Shown: positions 1 to 14,448, counted from the first letter of the whole stretch. The stretch is 63,777 bases of DNA, filler included, from Octopus bimaculoides (GCF_001194135.2; 6 parts of 5 records of this genome joined end to end with filler, not necessarily neighbours in it), one strand, 5' to 3'. Notes: a model not told the origin generated them from the sequence alone. Made by a program: numbers and translations.

Positions 1-117
1 ATTTACTTTACTTTATATTATACCCATTTATTGTGCTTTTAATTATTAATTTTTCTATATGTGATAGTGGATTTTTATCGATGAGTTTTTGAAAATTGGT
101 TATTTTCCCTAAAACTA

Positions 118-125
<8 letters not shown>
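1..125. mobile_element. One arm of a foldback/MITE-like element, truncated by the window edge; same family as 50628-50912
   Basis: Near-identical to 50797-50915 (atttactttactttatattata..gtgatagtggattt..ggttattttccctaaaactatata); followed by (TA)n. Confidence 0.8.
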
Positions 126-161
<36 letters not shown>

Positions 162-1021
162 GTGTGATACATACACGTATACATGCACACATGTATATTA
201 TATTACACTGAAGAAATATTAACCATTCTGATAAAACTATAATCAAAGCAAAAACTAATCTCAAAATTAATCAGCTGGAAATTGGATATAGAACGTTGAA
301 AGATACTATGTAGCAATGATCCTTCATTCCACTGTCTGCTTGTTAACTTCAGGTGATGTTGTATTAGGTGAGTATGTCGAATAAAACACTGCCTTTGCGT
401 ATACACAAATTTGAGAGGAACAGGAAACATAAGTTTCAGTTAGTCGAAAGAGTACAGAAAAGCAAATTTCTAGTACTACACTCACAACACATTGATTATA
501 ATATCAACAAAAAGAATCAAATATAAGGCGACAGGTAGCGCACGAACAGAAATTACGAACGTGGGAATAATCGATTGTATTAATATATAATATAAAAAGT
601 GGAGTCTGTCATTGTTATTTTTTCGTGAATAATCTACAAGTGAAAAGTATCTCGTTATTAGTGTGCTTCAAGATATTTATTATACATTCAAAAGCACCTC
701 ATTCTCCATAAAAAATATAACCTGTGTATAAGAAGTGAATGTGCAGTTAGTACAACATTGGATATATATGTATATAGATTGTAATTATTACGAAGTATAT
801 ATAGTATACAAATAAATCGAAGATATGAAGCCTCTAGATACATTGACTTGCATGGGGAACGGGGTTGTTGCTGCGATGGCTCCTATTTATCGGCCTTAGT
901 CTAATGTTTACGCTGCGACTAATGTGAAAGGCCGCCTCTAACGTTACAATCGGGGTGTCTTGCAGAGAACCTCTGGACCGGCTCAGTCGCTTTCGGATGC
1001 CATTTTGCAAATTTTCGCCCA

Positions 1022-1423
1022 GCGCAAGCGTGATTGAGTAATAGCCGTTTCATAGCCACATGGTTCTCGGTTCAGTCTCACTACGTGACAGCTTGGACAA
1101 GGGTCCTTTAGTATAGCCCCGCGGCGACCAAATCCTTGTCGACGTAAACTGAAAGAACTCCGTCCGTCGTTTATATATACGTGTGTATATGTGAGAAAGC
1201 TTCTATACGTCTGTGTGGGCATGTGTCCCTGTGCTTGAAAGCCGATGTTATTGTGTTTAAGGCCTCGCGAAATAGCAGTTCGTCAAAAGAAATCAGTAGA
1301 ATAAGAACTGTTCATAAAAAAAAACTTAAGTAGTGGGGCTGATTCGTTCGACTAAGTTTTTTGAAGACCGTTCTTCAGCATGGCCATTTTCCAATAATTT
1401 AAAGAAGTAAAAGATAAAAGATA
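1022..1423 (+). mobile_element. SINE family A, diverged copy
   Basis: Matches the 12843-13232 copy: ccacatggttctcggttcagtc..gaaactgaaagaa..cagcatggcc..aagtaaaagataaaag. Confidence 0.7.
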
Positions 1424-3978
1424 CAACAAAAAACTTGTTTTCTATTAAATATTTATATCTAGACATGGAGTATGCCTTACACACTGCCTCACGTTTACGC
1501 TTGGAAATGTTTAAGCAATTGTATTACTTCTGAATTAAAAAAAAACAGTCTCTTTAATTATACCATTATTTTCTTCCACAATTAATTACAGGCTGAGTTT
1601 TAAAAAACGGCTTCATTAACCTGAATCGCCAAGTAGTAAATGTTTTTCTTTTTATGAATTCTGTGTTCGAGAGATCATGTGATTATAAGGATATATTTTT
1701 GATCAACCGTTTATAGTTCGAAATCCAGATGCAAATTGCGATAGGCGAAACAAATTACTCTTGACGAAACAATTTCATCTAAATTGGGATTGAAGATCAT
1801 ATATATTAATAAATGTCCTTATAGCTTATTACATTAATAAAGCTGTTATTCGAAAATTCCCGGCAGGAGATGAAGCAAACTACCTTTCCTATTTAAGCAA
1901 TGGACATTAGTGATAAAACTGACCACATTTTAAAATCCTACTAAAAACTGGCCAGGCTTTCATACTAATACTTTCGCCATACATGCTGTACTGCATACGA
2001 CCACTGAAAATATATCAACCATTTCTACATAACAAAAGCTGCATTAATTTAGTAACGATGCGTTTCGATTGGTATTATCATTTCATTAAAACACATCTTT
2101 AAAAGGTAATTTGCTTGTAGATACACAAAATTGTCTAGACGCTCGGATTGTGTATAATCTTATTTTAAAATAAAAAGAAAATTAATTTTCAACCATATTA
2201 AGTGAGATTAAAACTTAATTTTTATTCTAACTGTTTACGGTTCTATTACAAGATATCAAAGATAGTTTATTTTTAAACAAGAATTATGAAAGAATTCATG
2301 TTAAATTAACTCAATTATGCTATGAATATAAATCGATAAACTATAATGTACGCCAGAAGAAAATAATATAAATAACATTTAATGGCATATAAACGTGTCT
2401 GAATTACGTATTAATTACAGTAAGCATCGTTTGGTATACGCTACCATTCTGTGTTTCCTGTTACAACGATCATCACATCTCCAAGCATTTTAACAACGTA
2501 ATCTTTATCACCAAATATCCCAATTTAGATGAAATTGTTGTCTTATTCTACTTCATACCATCACATGCAAAGCTAATACTCCCCCAAGAAAGATTGATTG
2601 AATTTACTCCCTAAAAATTCATTGACCTTGTTCTAACAGAGTATTGATTATTCAAGAATTGATTATATTATATGTTTTTTGAGAAGGTGATATCCGGAAA
2701 TTACGTTGTTACCAAGTCTGATTTCCCGACCTGCAGCGGAAGGGCTGTCATTTTCTACATAGCAATCAGCGATGCATTATATCAAATCTTCAACCAACAT
2801 GGCTATCTGTGAATATCAGCATCACGAGAATACTGTTGCATGTTTACAATGTTGATTGGGAGACTTCCTGTTGGTATAGCTTACACTAAACCAACAGAAA
2901 GCTCCATCTTTAGACACAGTGGTGGCAAATATATAAGAGGTAATATATTTTGTAAACTATAAAGTGAGTGTATACATTTGTAATAATAAATTTAATTTCA
3001 TCCTACATTTAATATGGTTTTCTACTCTTCTTTTTAAATACACTAGTATTTCTCCAGGAATATATATATCGTAAGTAAAAAGATGAAAATCAAAAGCAAA
3101 ACATAATGATAACGATAAAGCAATATATAGAAAGTTATATGAAGTATATATATATAAAAGGAGCTCAAATGGGGTGAAGTATACGTCAAAATCAAATCGT
3201 AGAAATTAAAGAGCGTGTATATTTTCTGAGATCAAGTTTCTGGAAATACTTTTCCTTACAGTTTGCTAAAATACATCTCTAAGCTTACAAATATTTAAAA
3301 TCTATTAACAACCCAAGCCGGTATTCTTATCCAATACTTTTGACAAACATATTTGGTTTACATTGCCGCTATATGTAATCAGGTACTTTCATTTATCTTT
3401 TGCTTCTTTAGACATCTAGTCTTCATTTAATGATATACATTGCAACTAATTAACTGCAATACCTAAGGAATAGCATTTTATAAGATCATCTTGCCATACC
3501 ACTGGACATAGATGGTATGATGTTCTGACATGTTCTACATGATTTTATAGATACAGAGTTATCTTCCTAGCACATGACAAGAGATGGGAGAGGATAAAAA
3601 TGGTAGTCTCTTGGCATGCGTGTGGAGTCTCTTGTCATGGGATTCTATGTCCTATATAAGATTTCGGACTTCCATGTGTGACGTCCATTGGAGTAATCCT
3701 TAATGTACGGACAATATTTTCAAGCCGGTAGTCTAGTAGGTCTCTACTCATTGACATTAATCTGATCCTACCAGCAAAGAACACATTGCAAGTTACATGA
3801 TTTTAATACACACACACACACGCACACATACACAGACAGTCTTAACTAAAACTACATGCTCGCTCACCAAAGTCACTGGGTTATTGATATCATTGTATAA
3901 TTTTGGCTTTTTACCTTTTCGAACATGCACATTTGTTATAATGTTGTGTTTGTGCATGTAAGTACACACACACACACA

Positions 3979-4023
<45 letters not shown>

Positions 4024-4030
4024 ATACATA

Positions 4031-4064
<34 letters not shown>

Positions 4065-4795
4065 CACACAAACACACATATAAGTACACATGTTCACATC
4101 TGTATAGGAATATATACACGAAGACATACGCACACACCCACATACACACATATGTACAAACTTTTGCATTGAACATCTTTTGTTGTCGTTAATTTCATTA
4201 TCATGTGTGACATTGCAGAAATATATGATTGCCTTCAAGTCACCGGATGCAGATATTCTTTCTCAAAGAATCGCAGGTTCTCACTTTTAAGGGGAAGAAT
4301 AATGGATTATACGCACTATGCAATGAAAGTGCCCTTAGATTATTTCCTTGTTTCATTGTAGCAAACTAACTCTTTTGTTTCATACAGGAAGAAAATGAGA
4401 ATTGAAATATAAGTGATATGAAGTATGTTGATGACTTGAAGATTCATGCTTATAAATACATTTGTAGTAAACATACCACTCATATTTATAAAGAATCTNN
4501 NNNNNNNNNNNNNNNNNNNNNNNNNNNNNNNNNNNNNNNNNNNNNNNNNNNNNNNNNNNNNNNNNNNNNNNNNNNNNNNNNNNNNNNNNNNNNNNNNNNN
4601 NNNNNNNNNNNNNNNNNNNNNNNNNNNNNNNNNNNNNNNNNNNNNNNNNNNNNNNNNNNNNNNNNNNNNNNNNNNNNNNNNNNNNNNNNNNNNNNNNNNN
4701 NNNNNNNNNNNNNNNNNNNNNNNNNNNNNNNNNNNNNNNNNNNNNNNNNNNNNNNNNNNNNNNNNNNNNNNNNNNNNNNNNNNNNNNNNNNNNNN

Positions 4796-4833
<38 letters not shown>

Positions 4834-6149
4834 AGTTATAAGTAATGGTCATTAGAAAATAATGATCAGTACACCTTTTCCTTACAGCTGTTTCCAGTAC
4901 CATTATAGATACATTAGTTTACTCAATTGGTCTATTGATCAACTGGGAGAAATTGAAAGACCTAAGAAATGTTATGGTACTGTTATCAGGTCCATTTCTG
5001 GCACATGTATGTATATTTAAAAAGAAAATAATAACTTTGAAAGTTCAATGATAGATAGTGCATTGCAGAAAAGTCTATGTTGGTGTGTGGGAGGCGTGAT
5101 CATTTGATTTGGCCTATGAGTAGTTAGCATAAAGCACCGTGCTTTATTCACTCTGTAAGGAATGAGTGTGTGTGTATGATTATGATGACGAATGTGTACG
5201 TGTAAGTGTCTCTCTATATAACTAAGATTCTGGTCAATTTCATCCAACTTGGCCATGAACATTATAGTATAACACACGCAAACATATACACACATACGCA
5301 CACATACACACCCACACACACATCTGCATGTGCATACTATATAAAACTCATCGCCTTGAAATTTTTTGTAACATTTTCTTTTTAACAATTCTTCTAAAAG
5401 TCTGACACTTTTATCTAATTTCCAAAAAAAAGTTTATAAATAAGAAATTGTTATAATGATTGTGTGGTTGACACGTAGTTGCAGTTGTGTTCCCTTTTAT
5501 GTTATTTCTTTCAATGCAGTTGAAAATGAGTATTAGATGGGTACTTGAACAGCACTCCCTCCACTGATTTTCATATCCTCAATGTTGTCATGCATCATGA
5601 ATACGAGGACAGTGTACGGTTGGCTGCTCCCGAATATTAAGCTCCTGAGAAATCAATTAACTAAAATATAACAAAAGAAAACATGAAAAAGTACTACGAA
5701 ATCACACACATTTGTTATCATGATATGAGGTTTACTTGTAACTTCTTACACGATCTCACTGCATATGTCTTCAGGTTCAATATCGTTATTACATCAATAT
5801 GTATAAAGTTTGATTCAGACAGTGTATGTTCAAATTTCACATGAATCAGCGGCGTAGTGCCTATGTAGCTAATCAATATTGTAATTTATTTTCTTTTAGC
5901 AGACTTACATATTCTATATTACGTCTACAAAATACATTAGCAAAAATTAATTTCTTGCTAATCACATTTAAATGTGTAATTAATCAATAAATGCAAACAA
6001 TCATTTTTTTCCTTTGAATATTTCATGTAATTTATTTGATTATACACGCAAATATATATCTGTATGTATATATATNNNNNNNNNNNNNNNNNNNNNNNNN
6101 NNNNNNNNNNNNNNNNNNNNNNNNNNNNNNNNNNNNATATATGTATATT

Positions 6150-6216
<67 letters not shown>

Positions 6217-8097
6217 ATGTGAGTATGTGTGTACATATACGCACACATACATACATTGATACACACATACACTCATATACAACTCACACACACAAACAGG
6301 TAACAAACACTTATGTCTGCATCGGTATGTAGGATATTAAATCAAAACGAATTAAGTAACTAGCCGTTGGTAGCAGCTATGTGGTTTCAATATTCACAAT
6401 ATTCACGTTGTAATAGAGAATGATGCTATAAAATTGATAAAATCTCTCATTGATATCAATAGAAGCGAAGTTATTAATTCTAAAGTGTAGAAAGTTACTG
6501 CTTAGATTGTGAAAATATTAAAATAGTATTTGATATTTATCAGTATTAATTTCTCTTGTGAATGTGTCGGATAATATTTCAAGAAAAGAACGTTGGCGTT
6601 TCTACTATTTATTCAAAATGTTGCAGTGTTGCTCGTTCCAAGTTTATAGTTCGTGTTGAAGGACAATGAGAGTGGATGTGCATATGAAATTCATTTCTAT
6701 TTTAACTCCTGATATCAAAGAGATATAATTCAATGATTCATGCTATTTATTCCGGGACACTTCCGATTTTACCTTTCTAATTCCATTTTGTTATTATTAA
6801 ACTTAATATATTTTACGCATACGATAATAGATATAAGTACCTATTTCTCATTACTTGCTTTCTGAGAAATGAAAATTAAATTCGATCCTAATCAATTATA
6901 AGCTAAGGTTGTAGACATGAAAATATCGAACACATTCAATTGGAAGCGCTAATATTTCAGCTAAATCCCTTCCCTAATTGCACAAGCGAATGAAAATTTT
7001 ATAATAAAGTGAGACTTTCTATTAAATAGATATCAGACATTTAATTTCATCTAGTATTCCATCATTTATGACTCTTGATCTCTAATTTCTTTTTCTTTTA
7101 CACAATGATTTCTTTTCATAAAAATCGATTTCCAATATATAAAATTTGTCTATATTTAGTCTATACATAATTATTTATATACAAAATATGTCCTTAAAGT
7201 CGATCTTAATTATAGCCCCTCTGTTTATTGTACCTCAGCAATTTAAGTGAAGAAAACGCCATCGTTATATTTAAGTACTTTACTAACTTATATGAAACCA
7301 AACTCAATCGAAACTAAAAAATATATCACTTTCCTAGTCTTTTGTGAAGTTAGTATCATTTGATGTTTAATGACTTGGTTCATACACGCATATACGTTTG
7401 CATATATGACTTCAGTAAATAATCATATTCTAGAAAGCATACGAGATAGAGTGATATGTATTTCTCGTTCATCTACGTGTACTACTTTTCACATCGAAGG
7501 AAAGTATATAAGTGAATTATGTCTCGCAACTAGATTACTTGTATTAGAGCCCTGATATTCAGTATTTATCCTTTTTTGACATTGTATTAGCACATATACT
7601 TAAGGTTTTATAAATTATGAACATAGAGCTCCTACGGTACTAAATATAGAAATGACAATATAGAAGATTGGAAGACGGTAATATAGTTGTTTCTTTAAGA
7701 ATGTTATCCATGTCACTCACATAAAACGCATTTATTTGAACAAATAGAACAAAAACTAACCCCATCATTTCCGTCATTTCAAATGTACATATAAACATAA
7801 CATTATTTTTTAATGCATAGATGTCAAGTTCTGTTACCTAAAACTGTATGCTAATGTTCGTCATTGCACTGATTACATAAGATTTCAAGTTGTGTGCCTG
7901 AGTTTAAATGTGTTTTCTTCTGATAACAATGCACACGCAAATGATTTTAATGCACATTACAAGCCTTTTATCTTACAAAAACATCCCATTGACTGGCAAA
8001 CAATGCAATCAGTTCCAATTGTAAAGTAGGGAATTGCGGTTTATTCATTTTACAATCATTACTTTTCTGCAGAATAAGGCAGTCTTGTTGATATCAA

Positions 8098-8133
8098 TAT
8101 CATCATCATTATTATTATTATTATTATTATTAT

Positions 8134-8177
<44 letters not shown>

Positions 8178-8230
8178 GTAGTAGTAGTAGCAACAGCAAT
8201 AGTAGAGGTAGTAGTAGTTTTATTTGTTGC
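8098..8230. repeat. Compound trinucleotide microsatellite (ATC)(ATT)(AGT)
   Basis: Direct reading. Confidence 0.95.
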
Positions 8231-8812
8231 TGTTATAGAAATAGCAAAAGTAGTCATAGTAAATTAATGCAATTATCGTGATCAATAATATCGTTACTGA
8301 TATTGTTATTATCATTAGATATTAATTATTTGTATAAATAGCGTTATGGCTTTGGTTAATTTTGCTGTAGTTGACATTTTTATACTAATTGTTGTTAGAA
8401 ATACGACCATTCCGAAATCATTTTGATATGATTAATAGTATTTTCATCAACTTTTTTTTTTCTCCCTTTCCGTTAGAATTGATTTCCCCATCATTCTTAA
8501 TTACATATATGTAGAGTAGCGATATCATCAAAAACTATATATATTTTTTGCCTCTCAGAATATGCTTCGTCTATGTTTAATGAGTAAATTGACATTTACT
8601 TTGGTAGGGGAGAAAAACTAACTCAACAGTATTATTTTGTTAAAAGCTAACATGTGCAAGATTAAGTAGCTACTGGCTACGTAATATATGCTTGAAATAT
8701 CTAAATATTTGTATATATAAATATAAAACGTCAAGACATGAATGTTACAAACACGCGCACACTCACATACAACATACACACATTTATAATTATGTATATA
8801 TGTATGTATATA

Positions 8813-8883
<71 letters not shown>

Positions 8884-8917
8884 GTGTGTCTGTGTGTGTG
8901 TATGCGTGTGTGTGTTT

Positions 8918-9018
8918 GAGGTAGCATGGTCTAGTGGTCAAGGTGTTCTATTCACGATCGCGAGATCGTGGTTCCAATACCAAGACCGGTTGATGCGTTG
9001 TGTTCTTGAGCAAACACC
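8918..9018 (+). mobile_element. Isolated tRNA-like SINE head related to family C
   Basis: A-box-like tggtctagtgg and B-box-like ggttccaatacc, ending gagcaaacacc as in family C (gagcgaaaacacc). Confidence 0.55.
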
Positions 9019-9057
9019 CATACGATGTATTCGACGGAAGACTCCCTACATATATAT

Positions 9058-9220
9058 AGTGGCTGTGTGTAAGTAGTTTGCTTACCAACCACATGGTTCC
9101 GGGTTCAGTCCCACTGCGCCGTAACTTGGGCAAGCGACTTCTACTTTAGCCTCGAGCGAACCAAAGCCGTGTGAGTGGATTTGGTAGACAGGAACTGAAA
9201 GAAGCCCGTTGTATATATAG
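9058..9220 (+). mobile_element. SINE family A, 5' half
   Basis: gtggctgtgtgtaagtagtttgcttaccaaccacatggttccgggttcagtccc..gtgagtggatttggtagac; matches 12843 and 55312 copies. Confidence 0.85.
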
Positions 9221-9339
9221 ATATAGGGAATGTAAGGATACAAAAAGCGATAAGGCATATTGGATATAAAAAAAGAAAAGAAAAGGCTTATTTATGAAAA
9301 GTAACGATAAATATATACAATTAGATGAACTGAGGTAGA

Positions 9340-9470
9340 ATTAAGAGGAATGAAAGACATTATTATGAATTGGCAATCTTCACAGAACACCTCAGTACAG
9401 CAAAGAAGAATAAAGAGGAAACTTTCATCAATAAATTCCACACGCAACTTAACATGAACGCGTAGCATAA
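9340..9470 (+). mobile_element. Possible Penelope-like GIY-YIG C-terminal remnant
   Basis: EHLSTAKKNKEETFINKFHTQLNMNA* resembles the R..KE..FI.K..P.LN end of Penelope endonucleases; short and degenerate. Confidence 0.3.
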
Positions 9471-10075
9471 TAAAGAACAGTTATAACCTTTTAGAAATAA
9501 TACATTTCTAAATCTCTCAGAGAGATTTATGTAGTAGTGATACGATGAAGTAGTCGTATGCTGTCAACTTAATGTGAGAGTCCCCTGAAGGGAATAATAA
9601 TAATAATTTTGGTTAGACCTAGGAAGCTGCACCGCTTCCAGTTGGCCTTGACACATTTCTTGTGACCTTATGTTTACACGGGGGAGACAAGCACCTCCAC
9701 CCAGCTAAGTCTGCATCCAGAGACATTTCTAAATTTGAAGGCAGTGAATGTATTTCACTAGAATTATTATATGTTTACAAGAGCTTGACAGGCAGCATCG
9801 ACTAGTAGGTCNNNNNNNNNNNNNNNNNNNNNNNNNNNNNNNNNNNNNNNNNNNNNNNNNNNNNNNNNNNNNNNNNNNNNNNNNNNNNNNNNNNNNNNNN
9901 NNNNNNNNNNNNNNNNNNNNNNNNNNNNNNNNNNNNNNNNNNNNNNNNNNNNNNNNNNNNNNNNNNNNNNNNNNNNNNNNNNNNNNNNNNNNNNNNNNNN
10001 NNNNNNNNNNNNNNNNNNNNNNNNNNNNNNNNNNNNNNNNNNNNNNNNNNNNNNNNNNNNNNNNNNNNNNNNNNN

Positions 10076-10115
<40 letters not shown>

Positions 10116-10898
10116 GGAAGACAAAACATATTTTTGCCCTGTCGCCTTCATAATTTCAATAAGTAAATATAAATACAACAATATATTCCCAAATACACTC
10201 GATAGGATTGCATTGCAAATGGTATTCCCTCAGATATTAAATTCATGGAAGACGAGAAGAAAAATTCTATTGTTTCGTTTCTTTACGGGATTTTCAGAGT
10301 ATATCAATGTGCTTATGTAAAGGAGTAAGAAAATTTCAATGAAGTTTCAATCAATTTCATGAGAATTCCCAGTCGTATTTTTCGTTAATCTTTAACTATT
10401 TTGCTTGAATTCCATGCAATGCATCATTAGCTGAATTCAGAATACTTAGAGCAAATAAATAAATAAAACGAAAATGAAAATAGAACAAGACAAACCAGCA
10501 TTACATTGATTTACAATTTTATGCAAAATATCAAAAATAATAATTATTTTATTTTACCTCTTATTAAAATATTCTATTTGAATGTCTTGCTAATATATTT
10601 GATCATAAAGGCAGAATAATAAAAACATATGTTACACATAATATACTTCATGGAATGTTGCGCAATGGAGAGAAAGACATATGCCCCTGGCAAATCTGCA
10701 GGTAAATCAGCATCGATTCTTGTACGCCATTAACGTCATTGAAAATACACTTAGAGCACACAGTTGGATATCTCATTTTTTTTTTGTTCCACTTCAAATG
10801 CCGCGAGAATATTATTTGCGTGCCGCACAATTAATAACGGTATGTCACTCTCGATGTTTAGTCATTGTATTGTACTGAATATATACATACAAACACAT

Positions 10899-10973
<75 letters not shown>

Positions 10974-11017
10974 NNNNNNNNNNNNNNNNNNNNNNNNNNN
11001 NNNNNNNNNNNNNNNNN

Positions 11018-11029
11018 TTAATTAATTAA
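11018..11029. other. Artificial scaffold-join linker TTAATTAATTAA inside N44..N44
   Basis: Exactly 44 N + 12 bp + 44 N = 100 bp; stop codons in all six frames. Confidence 0.95.
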
Positions 11030-11079
11030 NNNNNNNNNNNNNNNNNNNNNNNNNNNNNNNNNNNNNNNNNNNNAAATAC

Positions 11080-11137
<58 letters not shown>

Positions 11138-12842
11138 TAATACATCGAGAGACGCGTAGACGGTGTGTATCTCTGTTTTATTCACATGCTACACAATGGA
11201 TACCAACAAAATTATCTGTATTCATATTTGCAATCCGACGTTAAAGGTTTATATAACATTTACGTCGGGAAACGACGTGTTTGAATTCAAATGCTTAAAA
11301 TTTTATAAACCAGTCGAAACATCTCTGTATTTCTTCCTCGCATGATCTCCTCTTCTCCAGTTATTAATTACTTCATTGTCATTTTCACTAACATCGTCGA
11401 AAGATGTCAGAATTATAACGATATTTCAAAGTGTATGATATTTTAAAAAGAATTCATGTAAGTTACGAAACTAAGATCGTTATGTTTTGCTTTTTTGTAA
11501 CTTATTTCGTTGAGATTAAAAAAATGAGAGCTACGTTCAAAGCTTCACATGTTAATATAAATGTTTTGCATTCATATACGTCTCATATTGGTATCAGTTT
11601 TGTAGGAATATTGGTCTGAATTCCCTAACGATTTGTTTTACATTTATACATACTTACAATTATGTGTGTGTGTGCCTAAATGTACCTAAACGCAGACGTA
11701 AATGTGAATATATATATTTACCAAATTATAAACGTGAGTCTATTATACACTTTGTAACCTACTTTCTGTTTCTGGGTAGTGAGTGTTGTTTGCTAATCGC
11801 TTGTGCTGAAAAAGAGCATAAAAATTGTTATTATTTAATTGAAACATTGTTTCTGCTCAGGGATTGTTTTTATTTATTTCCAGTGGGAAAAGGGACTAAT
11901 TTGCACTTATTCATTCACATAATGACAGGAAAAAATGACAACTTACAAATTAAATTTAACATGCATTTATACTTAGGTTATACAAAATTGAATATGGAAG
12001 TTGAGAGGTAGGTGTACGAGATTTACGATTGTACTGTTAATTACTTTTGCGTATTGTATTATCTTCCAATTATAGTCTCCTAACATGTTTTCGTTATAAA
12101 CACCTTATTATTGATGATCAAAGTCCAGTATATCTTAGAAGCTACAGCTTTGCTCTTCTGAGTAAACTCCCCTCCTCGAATTTATCAAGACATGTATCAA
12201 GACTATGACTCACAGAGATGACCCTTTGCGGTTGATCTCCATCATGGTTTCAAATAACTTCACATTTTTTTTCTGTCCAGTGATTGCTCAGAAAGCTCAA
12301 AATCACCGAGAAAAATTTATTTCAAGTTGCCGTCTCCTTCCTACTCACCATCTGAGAGAATTTCATGTACATAAGGGCATTCTTACAAGACGTAAGGTAC
12401 TTAAAAGCTATATATTCCACCAATGGCTCACTCAGACTTAACGTAGTTCCTTCTCACAAAGAACTTGGTCTGCTGCAGTCAGTGACACTTGTGATTGCGA
12501 ACCAATGAGAATTAGTAAAGTTACCTTGGGGACACATCGGCAATACCCATCGGGGAGTCTCCATTAACGTCCGAATCATAGATATTATATATCAAGTTGT
12601 ATATCATGGCCTTAACGCTTACATGATTATCAAGCATTGACAATTCACAGATCCAGGGAGAACTGCCAATAGGTTCCACAGTACAAGCTATTCTCATTAC
12701 CTCGAAGCGACTGGTCATATTCTAGCAGAAGCAGAACTAATCCTGACAGGTGAAGATCCTTATAAATCTCAGGTAACGCTTTATCTATTTTATGACTTGC
12801 ACAGCTTCATCCGGTTTTAGCGTACACGACAAATACTTCGTA

Positions 12843-13232
12843 GCGTAGGAGTAGCTGTGTGGTAAGTAGCTTGCTTACGAACCACATGGTTCTGGGTTCA
12901 GTCCCACTGCGTGGCACCTTGGGCAAGTGTCTTCTACTATAGCCTCGGGCCGACCAAAGCCTTGTGAGTGGATTTGGTAGACGGAAACTGAAAGGAGCCC
13001 GTCGTATATATGTATATATATATATATGTTTGTTTGTCCTCCCCCAACATCGCTTAATAATCGATGCTGGTGTGCTTAGGTCCCCGTAACTTAGCGGTTC
13101 GGCAAAAGAGGCCGATAGAATAAGTACTAGGCTTACAAAGAACAAGTCCTGGGGTCGATTTGCTTGACTAAAAGGCGGTGCTCCAGCATGGCTGCAGTCA
13201 AATGACTGAAACAAGTGAAAGAGTAAAAGAGA
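12843..13232 (+). mobile_element. SINE family A, full length (tRNA-like head, internal microsatellite, gagtaaaa tail)
   Basis: Pol III A/B-box-like head (gtgtggtaagtagc..gggttcagtccc), internal (TA)n, 3' tail gaaacaagtgaaagagtaaaagag; about 10 homologous copies in the window. Confidence 0.9.
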
Positions 13233-13584
13233 GTATTAGACTTTATGAGACAGATTTCTGATCGAATTGTTGGGGTTTTTAATCTAGTTGCATGTCTGAA
13301 ATTGTAGTCTGTATCTGAAATGTCTTCCTCCTGTTTGACTTACTCTTCTCTTCTGAAGACAGCTCCACGTTGTTCTTTTCCTAATCCAGCGGGGACGAGG
13401 ATCTCAGTTCCATACGGTAGAGTAGTGATGGATGAAGGAAAGCCTAGATTAAAGAATAGCAGGCGCATTCCTACTAAACAAACGTTTGAAAGGATCCACC
13501 ATGCAGAAGTATCAAATGCCTTGGTGGTCAGAGGCTTCCCAATGAAATTCTAGAGGTAGCGGATTTCATTGTTCACTTTCTCCT

Positions 13585-14416
13585 CTGCAGTTACTCTACC
13601 CAGATTACAAGTTCACATTTATATCTGTAATTATTGGGGCCCTGGGATATGTAACACACGGCCTAAATACCAATCTTGAGAAATTAGGCTTCTCAAAACC
13701 AGAAAGGAGAAAGCTAATTTGAAGACTACAGATCCAGTCCATCACTGGAACTGTAAAAATCTGTAAAACTTTTCAGAAGTTTATCATTTAGATATATGTG
13801 AGCATGTCTAGATGTACAACTATATGCATGAGAATACATGCATAAAATAAAACATACAAATCTGCATGCACACATATATACATATATACATACAAACATA
13901 CTGTAACAGCTGTGAAACATTCCAGTAGGTTACCATTTAGATATATATGAGCATATCTAGATATGCGAATATATCCAAGACAATACATACATAAAACATA
14001 CAAATCTGCACATATATACATACATACTTACATACATACATACTTACATGCATGCATACATACATACATACATACATACATACATACATACACACATACA
14101 TACATACTTTCATACATACATACATACATACATATATACGTACGTATATACGTACGTATATACGTACATGCATATATACGTACATACGTATATACGTACA
14201 TACATGCATGCATGCATACATACATACATACATACATACATACATACAAAACATACATGCATATATACATACATATATACATACATACAAGCAAAAATAC
14301 CCTGTTGTTGATGTTGAAATTCCAATGAAGCATCCTTGGATCTAAGTTAGAAAATGATTCTTTCTCTATTGGCACGAAATCTTGAAATTAACTGAATAAT
14401 AACATACATACACACA

Positions 14417-14448
<32 letters not shown>

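Noticed and set aside
3573-3639. 12-bp inverted repeat catgacaagaga/tctcttgtcatg as a pre-miRNA
   Set aside because: The stem does not extend inward or outward; too short.
4219-4991. Two phase-compatible plus-strand candidate exons (KYMIAFKSPD..; VSSTIIDTLVYS..)
   Set aside because: Weak donors (GTTCTC, GTCCAT), unrecognised peptide, and separated by an N-gap; no support without RNA data.
10650-10706. Possible first exon MECCAMERKTYAPGKSAG with a CAG|GTAAAT donor
   Set aside because: Too short to distinguish from chance; no downstream exon before the scaffold linker.
11018-11029. TTAATTAATTAA recurring five times as a possible conserved regulatory motif or piggyBac TTAA site
   Set aside because: Always centred in an exact 100-bp N block; an assembly linker.
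12521-12718. 65-aa minus-strand ORF as a real small gene
   Set aside because: No recognisable domain; more likely part of a decayed element. Kept only as an unexplained island.
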